Shown here in pieces: positions 1-12,852 of a stretch of DNA of 64,000 nt. The notes below the pieces were generated by a model. That model was not told the origin of the DNA. It saw nothing but the letters and a program-made list of their open reading frames with translations, and did not search any database. The first letter of the stretch is position 1. Every line of letters begins with the position of its first letter. The stretch is from Auanema rhodensis (taxonomy: Eukaryota > Animalia > Nematoda). Where the stretch lies: assembly GCA_964057225.1 (NCBI GenBank), contig OZ059900.1, positions 372,001 through 436,000 on the forward strand. The letters are read 5' to 3'. Position numbers and translations under genes: made by a program.

Positions 1-1740
1 AAAGGTCGAAAATAGAAAGAATTTTTGAATTTTCCGAGTTTTGAGTCCAATTGGGCTAAATCGCTCATTTATATGATCAAAAGCATAGTTTTATTGTCTA
101 TGACAACAAAAGTCATTAATTAAACACTAATGATGTTTAAATCACTAAATTTCGCTCAAATAGCATTACTACACTAAGTATGGTCGTTTTTATGCCTTTA
201 ACACCATATACTCACCAATTTTTGGTACAAAATCTGTAATACTCGTAAATTTTGATCATATTCGTTAAGATTTGAGAAGCAAACACACAATACACAAAAT
301 CAGTCTATTTTTATGAGCTTGCACTGATATATATTCATTTTGATCAAAAAAGGTCGAAAATAGAAAGAATTTTTGAAATTTCCGAGTTTTGAGTCCAATT
401 TGGCTGAATCGCTCATATATATGATCAAAAGCATAGTTTTATTGTCTATAACAACAAAAGTCATCAATTAAACGCTAGTGATGTTTTAATACTGAATTTC
501 GCTCAAATAGCATTACTACACTAAGTATGGTCGTTTTTATGCCTTTAACACCATATACTCACCGATTTTTGGTACAAAATCTGTAATACTCGTAAATTTT
601 GATCATATTCGTTAAGATTTGAAAATCAAACACACAATAAACAAAATCAGTATATTTATATGAGTTTGCACTGATATATATTCATTTTGATCAAAAAAGG
701 TCGAAAATAGAAAGAATTTTTGAATTTTCCGAGTTTTGAGTCCAATTGGGCTAAATCGCTCATATATATGATCAAAAGCATAGTTTTATTGTCTATGACA
801 ACAAAAGTCATTAATTAAACACTAATGATGTTTAAATCACTAAATTTCGCTCAAATAGCATTACTACACTAAGTATGGTCGTTTTTATGCCTTTAACACC
901 ATATACTCACCGATTTTTGGTACAAAATCTGTAATACTCGTAAATTTTGATCATATTCGTTAAGATTTGAGAATCAAACACACAATACACAAAATCAGTC
1001 TATTTTTATGAGCTTGCACTGATATATATTCATTTTGATCAAAAAAGGTCGAAAATAGAAAGAATTTTTGAAATTTCCGAGTTTTGAGTCCAATTTGGCT
1101 AAATCGCTCATATATATGATCAAAAGCATAGTTTTATTGTCTATAACAACAAAAGTCATCAATTAAACGCTAGTGATGTTTAAATACTGAATTTCGCTCA
1201 AATAGCATTACTACACTAAGTATGGTCGTTTTTATGCCTTTAACACCATATACTCACCGATTTTTGGTACAAAATCTGTAATACTCGTAAATTTTGATCA
1301 TATTCGTTAAGATTTGAGAATCCAACACACAATACACAAAATCAGTCTATTTTTATGAGCTTGCACTGATATATATTCATTTTGATCAAAAAAGGTCGAA
1401 AATAGAAAGAATTTTTGAAATTTCCGAGTTTTGAGTCCAATTTGGCTAAATCGCTCATATATATGATCAAAAGCATAGTTTTATTGTCTATAACAACTAA
1501 AGTCATCAATTAAACGCTAGTGATGTTTAAATACTGAATTTCGCTCAAATAGCATTACTACACTAAGTATGGTCGTTTTTATGCCTTTAACACCATATAC
1601 TCTCCGATTTTTGGTACAAAATCTGTAATACTCGTAAATTTTGATCATATTCGTTAAGATTTGAGAATCAAACACACAATACACAAAATCAGTCTATTTT
1701 TATGAGCTTGCACTGATATATATTCATTTTGATCAAAAAA

Positions 1741-2088
1741 GGTCGAAAATAGAAAGAATTTTTGAATTTTCCGAGTTTTGAGTCCAATTGGGCTAAATCG
1801 CTCATATATATGATCAAAAGCATAGTTTTATTGTCTATGACAACGAAAGTCATTAATTAAACACTAATGATGTTTAAATCACTAAATTTCGCTCAAATAG
1901 CATTACTACACTAAGTATGGTCGTTTTTATGCCTTTAACACCATATACTCACCGATTTTTGGTACAAAATCTGTAATACTCGTAAATTTTGATCATATTC
2001 GTTAAGATTTGAAAATCAAACACACAATACACAAAATCAGTCTATTTTTATGAGCTTGCACTGATATATATTCATTTTGATCAAAAAA
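1741..2088 (+). repeat. Representative 348-bp monomer (subtype B: GAATTTTCC/CCAATTGGG/TATGAC/ATTAATTAAACACTAATG/AAATCACTAAA)
   Basis: A linked set of ~7 SNPs plus a 1-bp insertion (AAATCACT vs AAATACT). It recurs at 4, 699, 1741, 13200, 34326, 37798 and elsewhere. Confidence 0.95.
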
Positions 2089-5000
2089 GGTCGAAAATAG
2101 AAAGAATTTTTGAAATTTCCGAGTTTTGAGTCTAATTTGGCTAAATCGCTCATATATATGATCAGAAGCATAGTTCTATTGTCTATGACAACAAAAATCA
2201 TCAATTAAACGCTAGTGATGTTTAAATACTGATTTTCGCTCAAATAGCATTACTACACTAAGTATGGTCGTTTTTATGCCTTTAACACCATATACTCACC
2301 GATTTTTGGTACAAAATCTGTAAAACTCGTAAATTTTGATCATATTCGTTAAGTTTTGAAAATCAAACACACAATAAACAAAATCAGTCTATTTTTATGA
2401 GTTTGCACTGATATATATTCATTTTGATCAAAAAAGGTCGAAAATAGAAAGAATTTTTGAATTTTCCGAGTTTTGAGTCCAATTGGGCTAAATCGCTCAT
2501 ATATATGATCAAAAGCATAGTTTTATTGTCTATAACAACAAAAGTCATCAATTAAACGCTAGTGATGTTTAAATACTGAATTTCGCTCAAATAGCATAAC
2601 TACACTAAGTATGGTCGTTTTTATGCCTTTAACACCATATACTCACCGATTTTTGGTACAAAATCTGTAATACTCGTAAATTTTGATCATATTCGTTAAG
2701 ATTTGAGAATCAAACATACAATACACAAAATCAGTCTATTTTTATGAGCTTGCACTGATATATATTCATTTTGATCAAAAAAGGTCGAAAATAGAAAGAA
2801 TTTTTGAAATTTCCGAGTTTTGAGTCTAATTTGGCTAAATCGCTCATATATATGATCAGAAGCATAGTTTTGTTGTCTATGACAACAAAAGTCATCAATT
2901 AAACGCTAGTGATGTTTAAATACTGATTTTCGCTCAAATAGCATTACTACACTAAGTATGGTCGTTTTTGTGCCTTTAACACCATATACTCACCGATTTT
3001 TGGTACAAAATCTGTAATACTCGTAAATTTTGATCATATTCGTTAAGATTTGAGAATCAAACATACAATACACGAAATCAGTCTATTTTTATGAGCTTGC
3101 ACTGATATATATTCATTTTGATCAAAAAAGGTCGAAAACAGAAAGAATTTTTGAAATTTCCGAGTTTTGAGTCTAATTTGGCTAAATCGCTCATATATAT
3201 GATCAGAAGCATAGTTTTATTGTCTATGACAACAAAAGTCATCAATTAAACGCTAGTGATGTTTAAATACTGATTTTCGCTCAAATAGCATTACTACACT
3301 AAGTATGGTCGTTTTTATGCCTTTAACACCAGATACTCACCGATTTTTGGTACAAAATCTGTAATACTCGTAAATTTTGATCATATTCGTTAAGATTTGA
3401 AAATCAAACACACAATAAACAAAATCAGTCTATTTTTATGAGTTTGCACTGATATATATTCATTTTGATCAAAAAAGGTCGAAAATAGAAAGAATTTTTG
3501 AATTTTCCGAGTTTTGAGTCCAATTGGGCTAAATCGCTCATATATATGATCAAAAGCATAGTTTTATTGTCTATGACAACAAAAGTCATTAATTAAACAC
3601 TAATGATGTTTAAATCACTAAATTTCGCTCAAATAGCATTACTACACTAAGTATGGTCGTTTTTATGCCTTTAACACCATATACTCACCGATTTTTGGTT
3701 CAAAATCTGTAATACTCGTAAATTTTGATCATATTCGTTAAGATTTGAGAATCAAACACACAATACACAAAATCAGTCTATTTTTATGAGCTTGCACTGA
3801 TATATATTCATTTTGATCAAAAAAGGTCGAAAATAGAAAGAATTTTTGAAATTTCCGAGTTTTGAGTCCAATTTGGCTGAATCGCTCATATATATGATCA
3901 AAAGCATAGTTTTATTGTCTATAACAACAAAAGTCATCAATTAAACGCTAGTGATGTTTTAATACTGAATTTCGCTCAAATAGCATTACTACACTAAGTA
4001 TGGTCGTTTTTATACCTTTAACACCATATACTCACCGATTTTTGGTACAAAATCTGTAATACTCGTAAATTTTGATCATATTCGTTAAGTTTTGAAAATC
4101 AAACACACAATGAACAAAATCAGTCTATTTTTATGAGTTTGCACTGATATATATTCATTTTGATCAAAAAAGGTCGAAAATAGAAAGAGTTTTTGAATTT
4201 TCCGAGTTTTGAGTCCAATTGGGCTAAATCGCTCATATATATGATCAAAAGCATAGTTTTATTGTCTATGACAACAAAAGTCATTAATTAAACACTAATG
4301 ATGTTTAAATCACTAAATTTCGCTCAAATAGCATTACTACACTAAGTATGGTCGTTTTTATGCCTTTAACACCATATACTCACCGATTTTTGGTACAAAA
4401 TCTGTAATACTCGTAAATTTTGATCATATTCGTTAAGATTTGAGAATCAAACACACAATACACAAAATCAGTCTATTTTTATGAGCTTGCACTGATATAT
4501 ATTCATTTTGATCAAAAAAGGTCGAAAATAGAAAGAATTTTTGAAATTTCCGAGTTTTGAGTCCAATTTGGCTAAATCGCTCATATATATGATCAAAAGC
4601 ATAGTTTCATTGTCTATAACAACAAAAGTCATCAATTAAACGCTAGTGATGTTTTAATACTGAATTTCGCTCAAATAGCATTACTACACTAAGTATGGTC
4701 GTTTTTATGCCTTTAACACCATATACTCACCGATTTTTGGTACAAAATCTGTAATACTCGTAAATTTTGATCATATTCGTTAAGATTTGAGAATCAAACA
4801 CACAATACACAAAATCAGTCTATTTTTATGAGCTTGCACTGATATATATTCATTTTGATCAAAAAAGGTCGAAAATAGAAAGAATTTTTGAAATTTCCGA
4901 GTTTTGAGTCTAATTTGGCTAAATCGCTCATATATATGATCAGAAGCATAGTTCTATTGTCTATGACAACAAAAATCATCAATTAAACGCTAGTGATGTT

Positions 5001-8000
5001 TAAATACTGATTTTCGCTCAAATAGCATTACTACACTAAGTATGGTCGTTTTTATGCCTTTAACACCATATACTCACCGATTTTTGGTACAAAATCTGTA
5101 ATACTCGTAAATTTTGATCATATTCGTTAAGTTTTGAAAATCAAACACACAATAAACAAAATCAGTCTATTTTTATGAGTTTGCACTGATATATATATTC
5201 ATTTTGATCAAAAAAGGTCGAAAATAGAAAGAATTTTTGAATTTTCCGAGTTTTGAGTCCAATTGGGCTAAATCGCTCATATATATGATCAAAAGCATAG
5301 TTTCATTGTCTATAACAACAAAAGTCATCAATTAAACGCTAGTGATGTTTTAATACTGAATTTCGCTCAAATAGCATTACTACACTAAGTATGGTCGTTT
5401 TTATGCCTTTAACACCATATACTCACCGATTTTTGGTACAAAATCTGTAATACTTGTAAATTTTGATCATATTTGTTAAGATTTGAGAATCAAACACACA
5501 ATACACAAAATCAGTCTATTTTTATGAGTTTGCACTGATATATATTCATTTTGATCAAAAAAGGTCGAAAATAGAAAGAATTTTTGAAATTTCCGAGTTT
5601 TGAGTCCAATTGGGCTAAATCGCTCATATATATGATCAAAAGCATAGTTTTATTGTCTATAACAACAAAAGTCATCAATTAAACGCTAGTGATGTTTTAA
5701 TACTGAATTTCGCTCAAATAGCATTACTACACTAAGTATGGTCGTTTTTATGCCTTTAACACCATATACTCACCGATTTTTGGTACAAAATCTGTAATAC
5801 TTGTAAATTTTGATCATATTTGTTAAGATTTGAGAATCAAACACACAATACACAAAATCAGTCTATTTTTATGAGTTTGCACTGATATATATTCATTTTG
5901 ATCAAAAAAGGTCGAAAATAGAAAGAATTTTTGAAATTTCCGAGTTTTGAGTCCAATTTGGCTAAATCGCTCATATATATGATCAAAAGCATAGTTTTAT
6001 TGTCTATAACAACAAAAGTCATCAATTAAACGCTAGTGATGTTTTAATACTGAATTTCGCTCAAATAGCATTACTACACTAAGTATGGTCGTTTTTATGC
6101 CTTTAACACCATATACTCACCGATTTTTGGTACAAAATCTGTAATACTTGTAAATTTTGATCATATTTGTTAAGATTTGAGAATCAAACACACAATACAC
6201 AAAATCAGTCTATTTTTATGAGTTTGCACTGATATATATTCATTTTGATCAAAAAAGGTCGAAAATAGAAAGAATTTTTGAAATTTCCGAGTTTTGAGTC
6301 CAATTTGGCTAAATCGCTCATATATATGATCAAAAGCATAGTTTTATTGTCTATAACAACAAAAGTCATCAATTAAACGCTAGTGATGTTTTAATACTGA
6401 ATTTCGCTCAAATAGCATTACTACACTAAGTATGGTCGTTTTTATGCCTTTAACACCATATACTCACCGATTTTTGGTACAAAATCTGTAATACTCGTAA
6501 ATTTCGATCATATTCGTTAAGATTTGAAAATCAAACACACAATAAACAAAATCAGTCTATTTTTATGAGTTTGCACTGATATATATTCATTTTGATCAAA
6601 AAAGGTCGAAAATAGAAAGAATTTTTGAATTTTCCGAGTTTTGAGTCCAATTGGGCTAAATCGCTCATATATATGATCAAAAGCATAGTTTTATTGTCTA
6701 TGACAACAAAAGTCATTAATTAAACACTAATGATGTTTAAATCACTAAATTTCGCTCAAATAGCATTACTACACTAAGTATGGTCGTTTTTATGCCTTTA
6801 ACACCATATACTCACCGATTTTTGGTACAAAATCTGTAATACTCGTAAATTTTGATCATATTCGTTAAGATTTGAGAATCAAACACACAATACACAAAAT
6901 CAGTCTATTTTTATGAGCTTGCACTGATATATATTCATTTTGATCAAAAAAGGTCGAAAATAGAAAGAATTTTTGAAATTTCCGAGTTTTGAGTCCAATT
7001 TGGCTGAATCGCTCATATATATGATCAAAAGCATAGTTTTATTGTCTATAACAACAAAAGTCATCAATTAAACGCTAGTGATGTTTTAATACTGAATTTC
7101 GCTCAAATAGCATTACTACACTAAGTATGGTCGTTTTTATACCTTTAACACCATATACTCACCGATTTTTGGTACAAAATCTGTAATACTCGTAAATTTT
7201 GATCATATTCGTTAAGTTTTGAAAATCAAACACACAATAAACAAAATCAGTCTATTTTTATGAGTTTGCACTGATATATATTCATTTTGATCAAAAAAGG
7301 TCGAAAATAGAAAGAATTTTTGAATTTTCCGAGTTTTGAGTCCAATTGGGCTAAATCGCTCATATATATGATCAAAAGCATAGTTTTATTGTCTATGACA
7401 ACAAAAGTCATTAATTAAACACTAATGATGTTTAAATCACTAAATTTCGCTCAAATAGCATTACTACACTAAGTATGGTCGTTTTTATGCCTTTAACACC
7501 ATATACTCACCGATTTTTGGTACAAAATCTGTAATACTCGTAAATTTTGATCATATTCGTTAAGATTTGAGAATCAAACACACAATACACAAAATCAGTC
7601 TATTTTTATGAGCTTGCACTGATATATATTCATTTTGATCAAAAAAGGTCGAAAATAGAAAGAATTTTTGAAATTTCCGAGTTTTGAGTCCAATTTGGCT
7701 AAATCGCTCATATATATGATCAAAAGCATAGTTTCATTGTCTATAACAACAAAAGTCATCAATTAAACGCTAGTGATGTTTTAATACTGAATTTCGCTCA
7801 AATAGCATTACTACACTAAGTATGGTCGTTTTTATGCCTTTAACACCATATACTCACCGATTTTTGGTACAAAATCTGTAATACTTGTAAATTTTGATCA
7901 TATTCGTTAAGATTTGAGAATCAAACACACAATACACAAAATCAGTCTATTTTTATGAGCTTGCACTGATATATATTCATTTTGATCAAAAAAGGTCGAA

Positions 8001-9034
8001 AATAGAAAGAATTTTTGAAATTTCCGAGTTTTGAGTCCAATTTGGCTAAATCGCTCATATATATGATCAAAAGCATAGTTTTATTGTCTATAACAACAAA
8101 AGTCATCAATTAAACGCTAGTGATGTTTAAATACTGAATTTCGATCAATTAGCATTACTACACTAAGTATGGTCGTTTTTATGCCTTTAACACCATATAC
8201 TCACCGATTTTTGGTACAAAATCTGTAATACTCGTAAATTTTGATCATATTCGTTAAGATTTGAGAATCAAACATACAATACACGAAATCAGTCTATTTT
8301 TATGAGCTTGCACTGATATATATTCATTTTGATCAAAAAAGGTCGAAAATAGAAAGAATTTTTGAAATTTCCGAGTTTTGAGTCTAATTTGGCTAAATCG
8401 CTCATATATATGATCAGAAGCATAGTTTTATTGTCTATGACAACAAAAGTCATCAATTAAACGCTAGTGATGTTTAAATACTGATTTTCGCTCAAATAGC
8501 ATTACTACACTAAGTATGGTCGTTTTTATGCCTTTAACACCATATACTCACCGATTTTTGGTACAAAATCTGTAATACTCGTAAATTTTGATCATATTCG
8601 TTAAGATTTGAGAATCAAACACACAATACCCAAAATCAGTCTATTTTTATGAGCTTGCACTGATATATATTCATTTTGATCAAAAAAGGTCGAAAATAGA
8701 AAGAATTTTTGAAATTTCCGAGTTTTGAGTCCAATTTGGCTAAATCGCTCATATATATGATCAAAAGCATAGTTTCATTGTCTATAACAACAAAAGTCAT
8801 CAATTAAACGCTAGTGATGTTTTAATACTGAATTTCGCTCAAATAGCATTACTACACTAAGTATGGTCGTTTTTATGCCTTTAACACCATATACTCACCG
8901 ATTTTTGGTACAAAATCTGTAATACTTGTAAATTTTGATCATATTTGTTAAGATTTGAGAATCAAACACACAATACACAAAATCAGTCTATTTTTATGAG
9001 TTTGCACTGATATATATTCATTTTGATCAAAAAA

Positions 9035-12000
9035 GGTCGAAAATAGAAAGAATTTTGGAAATGTCCGAGTTTTGAGTCCAATTTGGCTAAATCGCTCATA
9101 TATATGATCAAAAGCATAGTTTTATTGTCTATAACAACAAAAGTCATCAATTAAACGCTAGTGATGTTTAAATACTGAATTTCGCTCAAATAGCATAACT
9201 ACACTAAGTATGGTCGTTTTTATGCCTTTAACACCATATACTCACCGATTTTTGGTACAAAATCTGTAATACTCGTAAATTTTGATCATATTCGTTAAGA
9301 TTTGAGAATCAAACATACAATACACGAAATCAGTCTATTTTTATAAGCTTGCACTGATATATATTCATTTTGATCAAAAAAGGTCGAAAATAGAAAGAAT
9401 TTTTGAAATTTCCGAGTTTTGAGTCTAATTTGGCTAAATCGCTCATATATATGATCAGAAGCATAGTTTTATTGTCTATGACAACAAAAGTCATCAATTA
9501 AACGCTAGTGATGTTTAAATACTGATTTTCGCTCAAATAGCATTACTACACTAAGTATGGTTGTTTTTATGCCTTTAACACCATATACTCACCGATTTTT
9601 GGTACAAAATCTGTAATACTCGTAAATTTTGATCATATTCGTTAAGATTTGAGAATCAAACACTCAATACACAAAATCAGTCTATTTTTATGAGCTTGCA
9701 CTGATATATATTCATTTTGATCAAAAAAGGTCGAAAATAGAAAGAATTTTTGAAATTTCCGAGTTTTGAGTCCAATTTGGCTAAATCGCTCATATATATG
9801 ATCAAAAGCATAGTTTTATTGTCTATAACAACAAAAGTCATCAATTAAACGCTAGTGATGTTTAAATACTGAATTTCGCTCAAATAGCATAACTACACTA
9901 AGTATGGTCGTTTTTATGCCTTTAACACCATATACTCACCGATTTTTGGTACAAAATCTGTAATACTCGTAAATTTTGATCATATTCGTTAAGATTTGAG
10001 AATCAAACATACAATACACAAAATCAGTCTATTTTTATGAGCTTGCACTGATATATATTCATTTTGATCAAAAAAGGTCGAAAATAGAAAGAATTTTTGA
10101 AATTTCCGAGTTTTGAGTCCAATTTGGCTAAATCGCTCATATATATGATCAAAAGCATAGTTTTATTGTCTATAACAACAAAAGTCATCAATTAAACGCT
10201 AGTGATGTTTAAATACTGAATTTCGCTCAAATAGCATTACTACACTAAGTATGGTCGTTTTTATGCCTTTAACACCATATACTCACCGATTTTCGGTACA
10301 AAATCTGTAATACTCGTAAATTTTGATCATATTCGTTAAGATTTGAGAATCAAACATACAATACACGAAATCAGTCAATTTTTATAAGCTTGCACTGATA
10401 TATATTCATTTTGATCAAAAAAGGTCGAAAATAGAAAGAATTTTTGAAATTTCCGAGTTTTGAGTCTAATTTGGCTAAATCGCTCATATATATGATCAGA
10501 AGCATAGTTTTATTGTCTATGACAACAAAAGTCATCAATTAAACGCTAGTGATGTTTTAATACTGAATTTCGCTCAAATAGCATTACTACACTAAGTATG
10601 GTCGTTTTTATGCCTTTAACACCATATACTCACCGATTTTTGGTACAAAATCTGTAATACTTGTAAATTTTGATCATATTTGTTAAGATTTGAGAATCAA
10701 ACACACAATACACAAAATCAGTCTATTTTTATGAGTTTGCACTGATATATATTCATTTTGATCAAAAAAGGTCGAAAATAGAAAGAATTTTGGAAATGTC
10801 CGAGTTTTGAGTCCAATTTGGCTAAATCGCTCATATATATGATCAAAAGCATAGTTTTATTGTCTATAACAACAAAAGTCATCAATTAAACGCTAGTGAT
10901 GTTTAAATACTGAATTTCGCTCAAATAGCATAACTACACTAAGTATGGTCGTTTTTATGCCTTTAACACCATATACTCACCGATTTTTGGTACAAAATCT
11001 GTAATACTCGTAAATTTTGATCATATTCGTTAAGATTTGAGAATCAAACATACAATACACGAAATCAGTCTATTTTTATAAGCTTGCACTGATATATATT
11101 CATTTTGATCAAAAAAGGTCGAAAATAGAAAGAATTTTTGAAATTTCCGAGTTTTGAGTCTAATTTGGCTAAATCGCTCATATATATGATCAGAAGCATA
11201 GTTTTATTGTCTATGACAACAAAAGTCATCAATTAAACGCTAGTGATGTTTAAATACTGATTTTCGCTCAAATAGCATTACTACACTAAGTATGGTTGTT
11301 TTTATGCCTTTAACACCATATACTCACCGATTTTTGGTACAAAATCTGTAATACTCGTAAATTTTGATCATATTCGTTAAGATTTGAGAATCAAACACTC
11401 AATACACAAAATCAGTCTATTTTTATGAGCTTGCACTGATATATATTCATTTTGATCAAAAAAGGTCGAAAATAGAAAGAATTTTTGAAATTTCCGAGTT
11501 TTGAGTCCAATTTGGCTAAATCGCTCATATATATGATCAAAAGCATAGTTTTATTGTCTATAACAACAAAAGTCATCAATTAAACGCTAGTGATGTTTAA
11601 ATACTGAATTTCGCTCAAATAGCATAACTACACTAAGTATGGTCGTTTTTATGCCTTTAACACCATATACTCACCGATTTTTGGTACAAAATCTGTAATA
11701 CTCGTAAATTTTGATCATATTCGTTAAGATTTGAGAATCAAACATACAATACACAAAATCAGTCTATTTTTATGAGCTTGCACTGATATATATTCATTTT
11801 GATCAAAAAAGGTCGAAAATAGAAAGAATTTTTGAAATTTCCGAGTTTTGAGTCCAATTTGGCTAAATCGCTCATATATATGATCAAAAGCATAGTTTTA
11901 TTGTCTATAACAACAAAAGTCATCAATTAAACGCTAGTGATGTTTAAATACTGAATTTCGCTCAAATAGCATTACTACACTAAGTATGGTCGTTTTTATG

Positions 12001-12852
12001 CCTTTAACACCATATACTCACCGATTTTTGGTACAAAATCTGTAATACTCGTAAATTTTGATCATATTCGTTAAGATTTGAGAATCAAACATACAATACA
12101 CGAAATCAGTCAATTTTTATAAGCTTGCACTGATATATATTCATTTTGATCAAAAAAGGTCGAAAATAGAAAGAATTTTTGAATTTTCCGAGTTTTGAGT
12201 CGAATTGGGCTAAATCGCTCATATATATGATCAAAAGCATAGTTTTACTGTCTATGATAACAAAAGTCTTCAAATATACACTAATAATGTGTAAATCACT
12301 GAATTTCACTCAAATAGCTTTACTACACTAAGTATGGTCGTTTTTATGCCTTTAACACCATATACTCACCGATTTTTGGTACAAAATCTGTAATACTTGT
12401 AAATTTTGATCATATTTGTTAAGATTTGAGAATCAAACACACAATACACAAAATCAGTCTATTTTTATGAGTTTGCACTGATATATATTCATTTTGATCA
12501 AAAAAGGTCGAAAATAGAAAGAATTTTGGAAATGTCCGAGTTTTGAGTCCAATTTGGCTAAATCGCTCATATATATGATCAAAAGCATAGTTTTATTGTC
12601 TATAACAACAAAAGTCATCAATTAAACGCTAGTGATGTTTAAATACTGAATTTCGCTCAAATAGCATAACTACACTAAGTATGGTCGTTTTTATGCCTTT
12701 AACACCATATACTCACCGATTTTTGGTACAAAATCTGTAATACTCGTAAATTTTGATCATATTCGTTAAGATTTGAGAATCAAACATACAATACACGAAA
12801 TCAGTCAATTTTTATAAGCTTGCACTGATATATATTCATTTTGATCAAAAAA
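9035..12852 (+). repeat. 5-mer higher-order repeat (1735 bp), ~2.2 copies
   Basis: Marker ATGTCC at 9061, 10796 and 12532 (spacings 1735 and 1736). TGGTTG, CACTCAA and GTCAATT recur in the same order. Confidence 0.9.
11811..12157 (+). repeat. Representative 347-bp monomer (subtype A: GAAATTTCC/CCAATTTGG/TATAAC/ATCAATTAAACGCTAGTG/AAATACTGAA)
   Basis: Runs from GGTCG at 11811 to the next GGTCG anchor at 12158. Confidence 0.97.

Noticed and set aside
11956-11972. CENP-B-box-like motif (TTTCGCTCAAATAGCAT; also ATTCGTTAAGATTTGAG)
   Set aside because: It matches only the TTCG....A part and lacks the essential CGGG, so chance similarity is likely.
12106-12309. 67-aa minus-strand ORF
   Set aside because: It is the translation of the satellite monomer, extended by chance by the divergent tract. 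It has no recognisable protein features and this frame is shorter or closed in other copies.
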